DNA of 64,000 nucleotides from a virus (lineage: Duplodnaviria; Heunggongvirae; Uroviricota; Caudoviricetes). The position numbers and the translations under genes are program-made. The notes under the pieces were generated by a model. That model had not been told where the DNA came from, did not search any database, and saw nothing but the letters and a program-made list of their open reading frames with translations. The DNA is taken from positions 24,956-88,955 of the IMG/VR virus record IMGVR_UViG_3300049014_000001. The stretch is one strand, 5' to 3'. Each line of letters opens with the position of its first letter. The first letter of the stretch is position 1. Positions 36,612 to 45,696 of this stretch are shown piece by piece.

Positions 36612-36640
36612 TTGACTTTATTACGTAGCTAGCGTACACT
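36612..36640 (+). promoter_or_regulatory. Promoter TTGACT-17-TACACT
   Basis: Followed by UTR TTAACCAACTTAGGAGAACCAATG. Confidence 0.5.
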
Positions 36641-36667
36641 ACGTACTTAACCAACTTAGGAGAACCA

Positions 36668-38377
36668 ATGAAGAAAACTGAGCAACAACTGAAGTGTATT
36701 GCTGCGGCAGTGAAGTATGCGCTCGTGAAGATCGAAGCTGGAGCTGGCTCCGGTAAGACCACGACGCTGAAGATGATTAGTGAAGCTATCCCAGAAAGCT
36801 CCCTGTATGTGGCCTTCAACAAGGTAACTGCGGTAGAAGCGACTGAAAAGTTTCCTCGTCATGTCAACTGCAAGACCACACACAGCATCGCTTATGCCAA
36901 GTATGGCAAGCGCCTGCAAGACAAATTGAAACGCCCAACTGGTGGCTACAAGAACGTAGCATTCACCGGCACAGAGATTGCACGCTTCTACAAAGTAGGG
37001 TGCATCATTGATGACATGGGCATCATCGTAACGACCGAGAACGCTATCGGGCTGTTCGTACGTCTGACGGTGGAACGATTCGAACAATCGGCTGACAGCA
37101 CCATCAAGGAAAAGCATCTGCCGAAGCTGGACATGGACAAAACGCTGAAGGCTGATCCAAAGTCCGGGGAGTACGTATTGCGATTGGCTAAGAAGCTGTG
37201 GGAAGATCGTATCGACCCTACCACGGATGTGCTGGCAACGCACGATACGTACTTGAAACAGTTCCAACTGAGCAAGCCGAATCTGGGCTACAAAGTGATC
37301 TATCTTGACGAAGCACAGGACTCCACTCCTTGCGTACTGGACATCGTAATGTCGCAGGAAGCTTACGGAACGAAGATTATCCTCGTCGGTGATCGCAAGC
37401 AGGCTATCTACGGCTGGCGTGGTGCTATCAATGCCATGCAACGTATCGAAGGCCATAGCGAATATCTGACCCAGAGCTTCCGCTTCGGGCAAGGTGTGGC
37501 TGATGTGGCTACTGCTGTGCTGATGGGCCAGATGGTGTTGACAGGCCGAGATGACATGCCATCGAAGATTGGCGGTGAAGGTACGGTGGATAAGAACAAG
37601 CCTTACATGTACCTGTTCCGTACAAACTCTGGCCTGCTGTATTCTGCTGTCAAGGCTATTCAGCGTGGCGAACAGATCAAGCTGGAGATTGACGTAAAAG
37701 ACTTCATTCGTGTGCTGCAATCGGCGTATGCACTGCGTGAAGGTGATATGCGAAACGTCAAACATGAGAACATTCTTCCGTACCCTACGTGGCAAGAGTA
37801 CAAAGAGGAAGCTCAGAAGATGAAGGGTGAGATGATTCGACTGGTGAACATTATTGAAGGTGGAGACTACTTCAAGTTTATCCGTACGCTGGAAGGCTAC
37901 CAGAATCCTACGCATGCTAATACCGTGTACACCACTGCTCACAAGGCAAAGGGACGAGAGCATGACCAAGTGCTGTTGGCAGATGACTTCCCAAGCCACT
38001 ATGACGGTGGTGAGTTCATCGGGCTGGCAGAGATGGAACAGAACCTTCTGTACGTGGCTGTAACTCGTGCTCAACGTGTTCTGGAGCTGAATGATTCTGC
38101 GCGTGAAGCCATCGACTACTACAAGAACGACGGAGCATTCAAGAGCATGATGAAAGGTTTGGAAGCTGATGCACCAGATGGCTATGTTCAGTACGGTGAA
38201 GGTATGCCTTACGATGACCTACGTGGCGATATGGCAATCTATACGCAAGAACTGGAAGAGCGAAGGCAAGCAAGCGAAGAAAGGGAGGCCGTTACGTACT
38301 ACGCTGACGGTTCAGGCTTTCGTCACGCCAGCGGCCCAAGTGGCCCCTTGTACTTTGACAAGTTCGGCAACACCTAA
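36668..38377 (+). CDS. UvrD/Rep-family SF1 DNA helicase
   Basis: Walker A AGAGSGKTTT, Walker B VIYLDEAQD, motif III ILVGDRKQAIYGWRGA. Confidence 0.75.
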   Translation: MKKTEQQLKCIAAAVKYALVKIEAGAGSGKTTTLKMISEAIPESSLYVAFNKVTAVEATEKFPRHVNCKTTHSIAYAKYGKRLQDKLKRPTGGYKNVAFTGTEIARFYKVGCIIDDMGIIVTTENAIGLFVRLTVERFEQSADSTIKEKHLPKLDMDKTLKADPKSGEYVLRLAKKLWEDRIDPTTDVLATHDTYLKQFQLSKPNLGYKVIYLDEAQDSTPCVLDIVMSQEAYGTKIILVGDRKQAIYGWRGAINAMQRIEGHSEYLTQSFRFGQGVADVATAVLMGQMVLTGRDDMPSKIGGEGTVDKNKPYMYLFRTNSGLLYSAVKAIQRGEQIKLEIDVKDFIRVLQSAYALREGDMRNVKHENILPYPTWQEYKEEAQKMKGEMIRLVNIIEGGDYFKFIRTLEGYQNPTHANTVYTTAHKAKGREHDQVLLADDFPSHYDGGEFIGLAEMEQNLLYVAVTRAQRVLELNDSAREAIDYYKNDGAFKSMMKGLEADAPDGYVQYGEGMPYDDLRGDMAIYTQELEERRQASEEREAVTYYADGSGFRHASGPSGPLYFDKFGNT

Positions 38378-38468
38378 GATTCAAACACACGAGGAATGGG
38401 TAGCTGCTCGGAAAGCTGAAGGATATTCAGACGAAGATATAGCAACCCTTCCATTTTAAGGAGAGAAC

Positions 38469-38654
38469 ATGGCAACTAAGTATCGTTTGATAATGCTCCG
38501 ACCGAATCACAAGTACACTGTGTGCTCCCTTCGCACAGAAGATGGGAAGCTGATCGAAGGTGCATGGACTAAGGATCGCTCTCTTGTTGAGAGGACAAAG
38601 GCACAAATTCAGGAAGATTTCCCTGAAGAGACGTATGCAATTTTGGAAGTGTAA
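38469..38654 (+). CDS. Hypothetical small protein
   Basis: 61 aa, RBS TTAAGGAGAGAACATG. Confidence 0.45.
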   Translation: MATKYRLIMLRPNHKYTVCSLRTEDGKLIEGAWTKDRSLVERTKAQIQEDFPEETYAILEV

Positions 38655-38668
38655 GAAAGGAGTAGTGA

Positions 38669-41185
38669 ATGGGAAAGCAAGTAGTATGGGATAAGGAGGC
38701 AAAGAACCTCCTGAACTCAGACTCTATTGATTACCTTGCTTCCCCGTATCGTTTGAAAGACCCGGAGTTCGTTCACTGCACCGGGTTTGTAGATGTCAAT
38801 TCGGATGACGAATGGCTGTTCGGGCCAGAGGATGTGCGCAAGCACAGACACGTTGAGTTCATCATGGAAGAGGTTGACGAACTGATTGGTCACAACACCA
38901 TCAGCTATGACCACTTGCTTGAGAAACTTGACACTGGCCTCAACTACACCATCGGATGTAAGAAGCTTGGCATCCCTGATACGGTGGAATACAAGGGACG
39001 TGTAAAGCCAATCCGCATCACCGATACGCTTGTTATGTCAAAGACGCTCAACCCTGATCGTCTGCAACATAGCATTGAGTACTTCGGTAGCATTCTTGGC
39101 CTTGAGAAGATCAACTGGAGAGCGAAGGCTGTAGAACTGGGCCTGATACTTCCAGACTCCGCTAAAGGTTCTGAATTCCGTGTATGGCACCCAGAGATGG
39201 GCATCTACATGATGCGTGACTGCCACGTCAATAAACGTGTCTATCGCCACCTGATGAAGGAGTGGGGAGACTGGGACTGGGATGACGCCTACGAGCTTGA
39301 GAAAGCTGTGGCTGAAATCATCACCCGACAGGAACATCGTGGATTCGCGTTTAACAAGGCTAAGGCTGTGGAGAACGTTCGATTCCTTGATGCGAAGATG
39401 GAAGAACTGCGACAGCAAGTAGAGCCATTGATTCCTCCTAAGCCGTTGACTAAAACTCGACTGGCTGACATGACGCCTACAGCGAAACAGTTCAAGAAGA
39501 ATGGTGAACCAACTACGCACATTCTGAACTTCGCCAAGAAGCATGGTGGTGAGTTTGTGGAAGTAGATGGAGTGTGGCAAACAGAGCTGTACGGAACCAA
39601 GTATGTACTGCCGATGGAAGCTGAACCTATCCTGACGGAAGAGCCAGCCAAGCTTGACGATACTCTGCACATCAAGCAGTGGCTTGTGTCGATGGGCTGG
39701 ACTCCTACGCAGTATAAGGAACGTGACCTGACGGTAGATAGCAAGAAGAAGAAGCTGACGAAAGAGAAGTTCATCGAAGCTGTAACGAAGTGGGTTGACC
39801 AAACTTTTGACAGTCCGTTCAAAGCGGATAGGTTGGAAGAACTGGAGTACTCCACTCGCGTTGACAAAGCTTACGTGTTGAGGCGTCTACTGGACACCGA
39901 TCACATGAAGCGACCGCTGAAGGTCTACACCAATCCTACGCTAACAATCGGTATGGAGAAGGAGATTGACCCTGAGCTGGAGAAGCTATCGGAGAAGTTC
40001 CCTTACGCCAAGGAGATTTCGCACTACCTGACGTACAAGCATCGTCGAAATTCCATCCTTGGTGGTGGCATTGATCCAGACGATGACGAGGATATGCAGA
40101 AGGGCTGGATGTCGGTTGACAGGATTGATGTTGACGGACGTATCCCAACCCCAGCAGATACTTGCGGCGCTGCTACGAGTCGATTTAAACACCGTCTGGT
40201 GGCTAACATCCCTCGTGTCACTTCGATGTACGGTGCAGAGATGCGTGAGCTGTTTGGCGTTGATGAGTATTTCTACCAGCTTGGCTACGACTTTGACTCG
40301 CTGGAAGCAAAGGTGGAAGCACACTACACCTATCGTTACGAAGGTGGCCCTGAATACGGTGTATCGTTGACCGCTGAGAAGCCTAACGATTGCCACTCTG
40401 TTCTGGCTGCTAAGATCACGGACATTCTGGGACGTAAGTTCCCTCGTTCGACAGCGAAGAATGTGAAGTATGGTTGCTCGTATAACGCTCAGGTTCCACG
40501 TATCGCTAAGACCGTGGGCTGTTCGCTGGACGATGCTGCAATCATCTTCAATACGTTCTGGGAACAGGCGTATCCGTTGAAGGCCCTGAAGGAAGCTATG
40601 CAAGCCTACTGGGAGACGACAGGCGGGAAGAAATTCTTGCTTGGTATTGACGGAAGGAAGCTGCCAATTCGTAGCAAAGGTAACGTGATTAACACTGCGT
40701 TCCAAAGTTGCGGGGTGATCTGTGCCAAGCGTGCTATGGTGCTGCATGACCGCTACCTGAAGGAAGAAGGCTTGTCCGTGGATTACTTCGTGGACGACTG
40801 GAAGCAAATGCTTGCTGATAAGGCTCACTTTGCACAGCAACTGATTGCCTACCACGATGAAGCTCAATGCGAGGTAAGCAAGGCTAGTGTCAAGTTCCAG
40901 ATGTTCAAGTTCGAAGGACCGTACGAGGTGAAGAACGAAGCAGGGGAGATGGAGTTGTCTGCCAATGCCAAGGCTGCTAAGAAGGCAGCACAGGCGTTTA
41001 AAGAGGCTCAAACCGATAAGGTATGGTCTGACATCGGCCACACCGATAAATGCTTCTACGTAGCGTATAACCGTGCTGGAGAGCTTGCAACGAAAGCTGT
41101 TACCGACGCTGGTAAGTACTACAAGCTTAAGGTAGAATTGACCGCTGGCTACATGTTGGGAACCAACTGGGCTACTTGTCACTAA
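38669..41185 (+). CDS. DNA polymerase, family A (with N-terminal 3'-5' exonuclease-like region)
   Basis: 838 aa; motif B RSTAKNVKYGCSYNAQ, motif C AYHDEAQ. Confidence 0.85.
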   Translation: MGKQVVWDKEAKNLLNSDSIDYLASPYRLKDPEFVHCTGFVDVNSDDEWLFGPEDVRKHRHVEFIMEEVDELIGHNTISYDHLLEKLDTGLNYTIGCKKLGIPDTVEYKGRVKPIRITDTLVMSKTLNPDRLQHSIEYFGSILGLEKINWRAKAVELGLILPDSAKGSEFRVWHPEMGIYMMRDCHVNKRVYRHLMKEWGDWDWDDAYELEKAVAEIITRQEHRGFAFNKAKAVENVRFLDAKMEELRQQVEPLIPPKPLTKTRLADMTPTAKQFKKNGEPTTHILNFAKKHGGEFVEVDGVWQTELYGTKYVLPMEAEPILTEEPAKLDDTLHIKQWLVSMGWTPTQYKERDLTVDSKKKKLTKEKFIEAVTKWVDQTFDSPFKADRLEELEYSTRVDKAYVLRRLLDTDHMKRPLKVYTNPTLTIGMEKEIDPELEKLSEKFPYAKEISHYLTYKHRRNSILGGGIDPDDDEDMQKGWMSVDRIDVDGRIPTPADTCGAATSRFKHRLVANIPRVTSMYGAEMRELFGVDEYFYQLGYDFDSLEAKVEAHYTYRYEGGPEYGVSLTAEKPNDCHSVLAAKITDILGRKFPRSTAKNVKYGCSYNAQVPRIAKTVGCSLDDAAIIFNTFWEQAYPLKALKEAMQAYWETTGGKKFLLGIDGRKLPIRSKGNVINTAFQSCGVICAKRAMVLHDRYLKEEGLSVDYFVDDWKQMLADKAHFAQQLIAYHDEAQCEVSKASVKFQMFKFEGPYEVKNEAGEMELSANAKAAKKAAQAFKEAQTDKVWSDIGHTDKCFYVAYNRAGELATKAVTDAGKYYKLKVELTAGYMLGTNWATCH

Positions 41186-41197
41186 TGTAAAGGAGAT

Positions 41198-41356
41198 ATG
41201 ATGTTTGTAGCAGAAGAGTATTACGAAGGGAAGAAGGCTTTCCGAGAGGGTTGGGATATCTCAGAGAATCCCTATCAGGAAAGCACACAAGAGCATCAGG
41301 ACTGGCTTGATGGCTTCGAAGATGCTGAAGGCGAATCATCGTTGGGTGTAGCGTGA
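41198..41356 (+). CDS. Small acidic protein with Rmf-like pattern (52 aa)
   Basis: ORF below threshold with RBS AAGGAGATATG; YYEGKKAFREGWDISENPYQESTQEHQDWLDGFEDAEG resembles the ribosome modulation factor core. Confidence 0.35.
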   Translation: MMFVAEEYYEGKKAFREGWDISENPYQESTQEHQDWLDGFEDAEGESSLGVA

Positions 41357-41547
41357 ACGGATGCGACCTGCAAGTGGCAATCATGTGCGGTATCGTAGGA
41401 TTTATGTTAGGATTCTTTTCGAAAAGGAAATGAAATGGAACTGGTAATCGACGCTATAGTTGATGGTATTGTGAAGACTCTTCTGGTAGTTGCAGCAATC
41501 GGTGCTGTCATCGGCTTCGCAATCGGAAAATTGTTTTAAAATAAGTG

Positions 41548-41576
41548 TTGACAGGTAGGTAGGAAGCTAGTACTAT
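41548..41576 (+). promoter_or_regulatory. Promoter TTGACA-17-TACTAT
   Basis: gtgttgacaggtaggtaggaagctagtactat; downstream UTR CAACCAAGAACGC...TAAGGAGAAAATG. Confidence 0.5.
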
Positions 41577-41624
41577 CTCACCTGTCGCAACCAAGAACGC
41601 AGTGATTAACTAACTAAGGAGAAA

Positions 41625-41804
41625 ATGATGTTTGGAATGCTGGAAAAACTGACCAAAGCTGCCGTTGGCGTAGTGGTCGAAACGCCTCTGGCTGTAGCAG
41701 CCGATGTGGTGACTCTGGGCGGTAGCCTGACTGACAAGGCTAAGCCATACACCGCCACCGCTGTAGAGAAGGTGGTGAAAAATGTGCAACACTCTACCAA
41801 GTAA
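41625..41804 (+). CDS. Hypothetical small protein (59 aa)
   Basis: ORF just below threshold with canonical RBS. Confidence 0.4.
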   Translation: MMFGMLEKLTKAAVGVVVETPLAVAADVVTLGGSLTDKAKPYTATAVEKVVKNVQHSTK

Positions 41805-41880
41805 GGAGCAAATCGTGGTTTATTTCTTTGTCATCGTCGTCGTAGTAGCACTCGTTATGCTGCTGTCACCGGAGAACTAA

Positions 41881-42180
41881 ATGGGTCAAGCTAAACAACG
41901 TGGCACCTTCGAACAACGCCAGCAGCAGGCATACGACCGTATTGATGCAAACATCGAAGTGCGGAAGAAAGAGCTGGAAGAGCTGGAAGCGTTCGAAAAG
42001 CGTCAACTGAACACTATGCAAGACTACGTAACTAACGTAGTTGTCAAGAACATGGAACGTGTGCGTGATCCTGTCGCAAAGGCACTGATTAACGCAGATT
42101 ACAGCCAGCTTGAACTTCGTGTTTTTGCAACACTACCGGCTGAAGAACAACAAAAAATGATTGACAGCTTGCAGAAGTAA
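41881..42180 (+). CDS. Hypothetical coiled-coil protein
   Basis: 99-aa track ORF. Confidence 0.45.
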   Translation: MGQAKQRGTFEQRQQQAYDRIDANIEVRKKELEELEAFEKRQLNTMQDYVTNVVVKNMERVRDPVAKALINADYSQLELRVFATLPAEEQQKMIDSLQK

Positions 42181-42221
42181 GTAGATAATACTGCTTCCTA
42201 ACAACCAACTAAGGAGAAACA

Positions 42222-43016
42222 ATGAAAAAAGTATTCGCAATTATCGCTATGGCCCTGTCCCTGTCTGCTTGCCACATCGTAGACACCGGTAAAGTAGGTC
42301 TGCGCAAGAACTTCAACAAGACCATCGAATCTACTGAGCTGGCCGCTGGCTCCATCAACCAGACCTTCGTTGGTAGCGTCATCGAAGTGCCTGTGAAGGA
42401 AATCAGTGTGGATGTGATTGACCAAACGCCAATCGCCAAGGACAACTCCACGATGTCTGACTTCGATGCCACGATTGTGTACAACATCAATCCAACGGCT
42501 GTGAGCGACCTGTACGTCAACAAGAGCCAGATGTTCCACGAGTACAACAGTGAAGGTGAAGTGCTGCTGATGCATGCGTACCTGAAAACTACCGTACGTA
42601 ACGCTATCTACAAAGTGGCCCGTGAATATGATGCAATGGCGATGAATGACGCTCGACAAGACATCGAGAAGAAAATTCTGGATCAAGTGCATGCAACTCT
42701 GGCAGAAGAAAAGCTGGATACCTCGCTGATTGTCACTCAAGTGCAAGTGAAGAGCATGAAACCTTCGGAAGCTATTACTCGTGCTGCTAACGATTTGGTG
42801 AAAGCTAAGTCTGAGCTGATGGCTAAAGAAGTCGAAGTGAGCACTGCCAAGAAGGAAGCTGAGCGTATTGCCGCCCTGAATGCGAACGCTGGTGCAATCA
42901 ACTACATGAATGCTCAGGCACAGCTTGAAATCGCTCGTGGCATTGCAGCCGGTAAGGTGAACACCATCGTGGTTCCTTACGACTTCAAGGGCATCGTGAA
43001 CGCTGGTAGCAAGTAA
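42222..43016 (+). CDS. SPFH/band-7 (prohibitin/stomatin-like) lipoprotein
   Basis: Lipobox LSLSAC after signal peptide; SPFH-domain composition followed by coiled-coil. Confidence 0.65.
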   Translation: MKKVFAIIAMALSLSACHIVDTGKVGLRKNFNKTIESTELAAGSINQTFVGSVIEVPVKEISVDVIDQTPIAKDNSTMSDFDATIVYNINPTAVSDLYVNKSQMFHEYNSEGEVLLMHAYLKTTVRNAIYKVAREYDAMAMNDARQDIEKKILDQVHATLAEEKLDTSLIVTQVQVKSMKPSEAITRAANDLVKAKSELMAKEVEVSTAKKEAERIAALNANAGAINYMNAQAQLEIARGIAAGKVNTIVVPYDFKGIVNAGSK

Positions 43017-43023
43017 TACTGTC

Positions 43024-43398
43024 GTGCGGCATAGGGCAACAAAAGCTATGGTGGATGCCACCAGAAAGGCCCGTAAAGCGGATTACCTTAAACTGGTGGC
43101 AGCAGCTAGCGAAGTAGTTATCAATTCACGGAGGGGGAGCTTATACGATCAATCCAGAAGCGGGGAGAACGAATATGTATTGGTAGAGTTCCCCTACTTC
43201 GTGAAATTTCAAAGTGGTTTCCCGAAAGGACAAATCATTGAGAAAACAAAAACGAGCAATGTCCACAGAATCAACGCTGTCAGACTTCTCGACTGGTTAC
43301 ACGAACAAGGGTACAGCAAACACTCTGCTACACAGCTAGTGCAACGTACCAAGGGCTACGATAGTTTGTATCGGAGCATTGAGCGAATGTTTGAATAG
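43024..43398 (+). CDS. Hypothetical protein (start uncertain, GTG)
   Basis: Track ORF with no clear RBS. Confidence 0.35.
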   Translation: MRHRATKAMVDATRKARKADYLKLVAAASEVVINSRRGSLYDQSRSGENEYVLVEFPYFVKFQSGFPKGQIIEKTKTSNVHRINAVRLLDWLHEQGYSKHSATQLVQRTKGYDSLYRSIERMFE

Positions 43399-43406
43399 GA
43401 GAACAA

Positions 43407-43799
43407 ATGGAATTCAAAGTAGGTCAACTGGTGTTGGCTCAAAATGCAGCACCCTTGCCAGAACTGGATGGTGCTATGGTAGACTTCATCGGTCGGCTGG
43501 AAAGCATTGATGGTGATGACGTAGTAGTACGTGCTTATGACGGTGAAGCATGGCCTTCGAAGCTGTCTGCTCTGAAGCAAGTGGTACATTATGATGTGAC
43601 CAAGAGCTTTTACGTTGCAAAAGGCAATAATGCAAACGTGTTCGCAATCGACCATCCCGATCCGAGCATTTTCCCGAATGAATGGGTCACTACCTCTGTT
43701 GTGAAAGAAGTTGACCCGTACACCGGCTTCTTCGAAACTCGCAACACTTTGTACATGGCAAGTTACGTGGCAGGCGTGAAATCACCATACCTTCCGTAA
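43407..43799 (+). CDS. Hypothetical protein
   Basis: 130 aa, RBS AATAGGAGAACAAATG. Confidence 0.5.
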   Translation: MEFKVGQLVLAQNAAPLPELDGAMVDFIGRLESIDGDDVVVRAYDGEAWPSKLSALKQVVHYDVTKSFYVAKGNNANVFAIDHPDPSIFPNEWVTTSVVKEVDPYTGFFETRNTLYMASYVAGVKSPYLP

Positions 43800-43805
43800 C
43801 AGCTC

Positions 43806-43834
43806 TTGACAAGAAGCGCTACTTAGTGTAAGAT
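43806..43834 (+). promoter_or_regulatory. Promoter TTGACA-17-TAAGAT
   Basis: cttgacaagaagcgctacttagtgtaagat plus canonical UTR. Confidence 0.5.
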
Positions 43835-43877
43835 AGCGGTTCTAAAGCAACCAACTTTAAATTTTAGGAGAAAACAA

Positions 43878-44498
43878 ATGGCAATTAAGAATATGTCTCT
43901 GCATCGTATCATCGCAGAAATCAAAGCATCAGAAGAAAAGCTGCAAAGTCTGAACCGTGAAACGTTTGTGTTCACCGTTCCAGTGGATGACACCGCGAAC
44001 ATCGCAGAAGGTAAGCGCCTGTCGCAATCCAACTACGATAAGGTAGCGGCACTGCTGGCTAATCTGGCTGTACTGAAAGCTGCCCGCAACAAGGCAAACG
44101 CTGTCACCGAAGTAACCATCGCTGGTGTGAACATGACCATCGATCAAGCTTTGGCGAAGAAATCTGCTAACGTCTACCAACTGAACTTCCTGAATACCCT
44201 GCGTACTCAGTTGAATGCTGGTAAGGCTCAAGTGGATCAAATTCAGAACCAGATTGAAGCGAAGATTGCTCAGCAAGTGTCTGCTGCCTCCCAAGGCACC
44301 AAGAAAGCTTCTGAAGAAGAAATCGCTGTCTTCCGTAAGCTGGCTGAACGTAATACCAAGAAAGAAGTTGTCGTGTTCGATGGTCTGAAAGCAAACGTCG
44401 ATAAGATGGCTGCTGATCTGGAACAGTTCAACATCGAAGTGGACTACGTTCTGTCCGAAGCTAACGCCACTACTAAAGTGGACGTGGAGTTGGTGTAA
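43878..44498 (+). CDS. Hypothetical protein, probably abundant
   Basis: 206 aa, strong promoter and RBS, A/K/E-rich helical. Confidence 0.5.
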   Translation: MAIKNMSLHRIIAEIKASEEKLQSLNRETFVFTVPVDDTANIAEGKRLSQSNYDKVAALLANLAVLKAARNKANAVTEVTIAGVNMTIDQALAKKSANVYQLNFLNTLRTQLNAGKAQVDQIQNQIEAKIAQQVSAASQGTKKASEEEIAVFRKLAERNTKKEVVVFDGLKANVDKMAADLEQFNIEVDYVLSEANATTKVDVELV

Positions 44499-44649
44499 TG
44501 TGGGAATATGTGAATGATACAACCCAACGTCTGCAAGTGCATGGCGGATGGTTGTACCGTACCAAACCTGTTATGTCAGGGCCTAGCACACCATTTGCAA
44601 TGTGCTTTGTGCCAGATGCAAGTGTAGACCGAGCAAACTAAGTAGTAAC

Positions 44650-45040
44650 CTGAGTCCTCATTTACCAGAGGATGTGCATAGCAAAACAAGAATCTATCCC
44701 GTCATAAGCCCTAGGACGGAAACTAAGGGCTAACACTTAAGCTAAGGTATAGCAATCGACTTTTAATCGATGATGCTTCCGGGTAGTTCCGGAAACTGTA
44801 TGGGTTGTAGTTGAAAGTTTGACGCTGAAAGCTTAAAGGTTATGCTAACTCGGGGCGTATTGAGAGACATACGCAGTTAGCATTAAAGTTTGTAATATGA
44901 AAGATTACCCTCCCCTTAGTCGGGAGTTGTAGCTAAACGCTTCTTTAATCTTCCACTACAAGTTTTGACAGCCAAGGATGGAGCTTTATGTTTGATAGGA
45001 AGGTGCTATGCATCGTCCTTTGCTAAATGAGGACTCAAAT
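44650..45040 (+). ncRNA. About 390-nt ORF-free structured element closed by a perfect 14-bp long-range inverted repeat
   Basis: tgagtcctcattta at 44652-44665 pairs with taaatgaggactca at 45024-45037; internal helices such as atgctaact...agttagcat; no ORF on either strand. Confidence 0.4.
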
Positions 45041-45057
45041 TAACCAAAAGGAGAAAT

Positions 45058-45216
45058 ATGAAACGTGCTGACTTTATGACTGCTGCCCAGTCCCGTGCAA
45101 TGGGCAACGCACCTCGTACCCACGAGAACTGCCGCCGCTTGCTGAAAGAAGCAAAGCTGAACCCAGTGAATCGTCCGGGTAAAACTGCAAAAGACCGTGC
45201 TCTGAAGGGCCGTTAA
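45058..45216 (+). CDS. Small basic protein (52 aa)
   Basis: RBS AAAGGAGAAATATG; ends 8 nt before the tRNA-Arg. Confidence 0.4.
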   Translation: MKRADFMTAAQSRAMGNAPRTHENCRRLLKEAKLNPVNRPGKTAKDRALKGR

Positions 45217-45224
45217 TCAATAAT

Positions 45225-45301
45225 GGGACGTTAGTTCAGTGGATAGAACACGGGACTTCTACTCCCGGCTGTCGAGGGTTCGAATCCTTCACGTCCTACC
45301 A
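45225..45301 (+). tRNA. tRNA-Arg (anticodon TCT)
   Basis: GGGACGT TA GTTC-AGTGGATA-GAAC, anticodon arm CGGGA-CTTCTAC-TCCCG, T-arm GAGGG-TTCGAAT-CCTTC, ACCA; an isolated plus-strand tRNA. Confidence 0.8.
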
Positions 45302-45316
45302 ACAAAGGAGAAAACA

Positions 45317-45598
45317 ATGCAAGTAGTAGCTTTTATCGTCGGCCTAGCGGTGTTCTTTTTCAAGGCTTTCGTTGTTCAAACGCTGTTCAATTGGTTCTTG
45401 GCTGGCCCACTGGGAACCCATGTAATGACCTTCACAACGTCTATCATGTTCCTTTGGGTAGTCACAATTGCTTCGTTCAACATTCATGTTAAACATGAGT
45501 CTTACGACAAAGCTGATGAACGAATCTCTGCGCATATCATGGCGTTCTTTGTGTACGCTTTTCTGCTGGGCATTAGCTGGCTGATGCACCTAGTTTAA
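45317..45598 (+). CDS. Membrane protein (93 aa)
   Basis: Start re-set downstream of the tRNA (RBS AAAGGAGAAAACAATG); three hydrophobic helices. Confidence 0.5.
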   Translation: MQVVAFIVGLAVFFFKAFVVQTLFNWFLAGPLGTHVMTFTTSIMFLWVVTIASFNIHVKHESYDKADERISAHIMAFFVYAFLLGISWLMHLV

Positions 45599-45696
45599 GA
45601 GTTAAGAAGGACGAAATAGAGCCGTAAGTGTCCATAAATAAGACGGCATATTGCGTATGAGCGAAAGCCTACGAACCAAATAGTAAAGGAAGCAAA

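Noticed and set aside
36656-38074. 472-aa minus-strand ORF antisense to the helicase gene, and the similar 39986-41182 ORF antisense to the DNA polymerase
   Set aside because: Antisense shadows of long genes with clear catalytic motifs on the plus strand.
38169-38459. ORF 38169-38459 overlapping the 3' end of the UvrD-like helicase gene
   Set aside because: Out-of-frame overlap with a strongly supported gene and no RBS; the Ala/Thr/Pro-rich translation is typical of an alternate frame of coding DNA.
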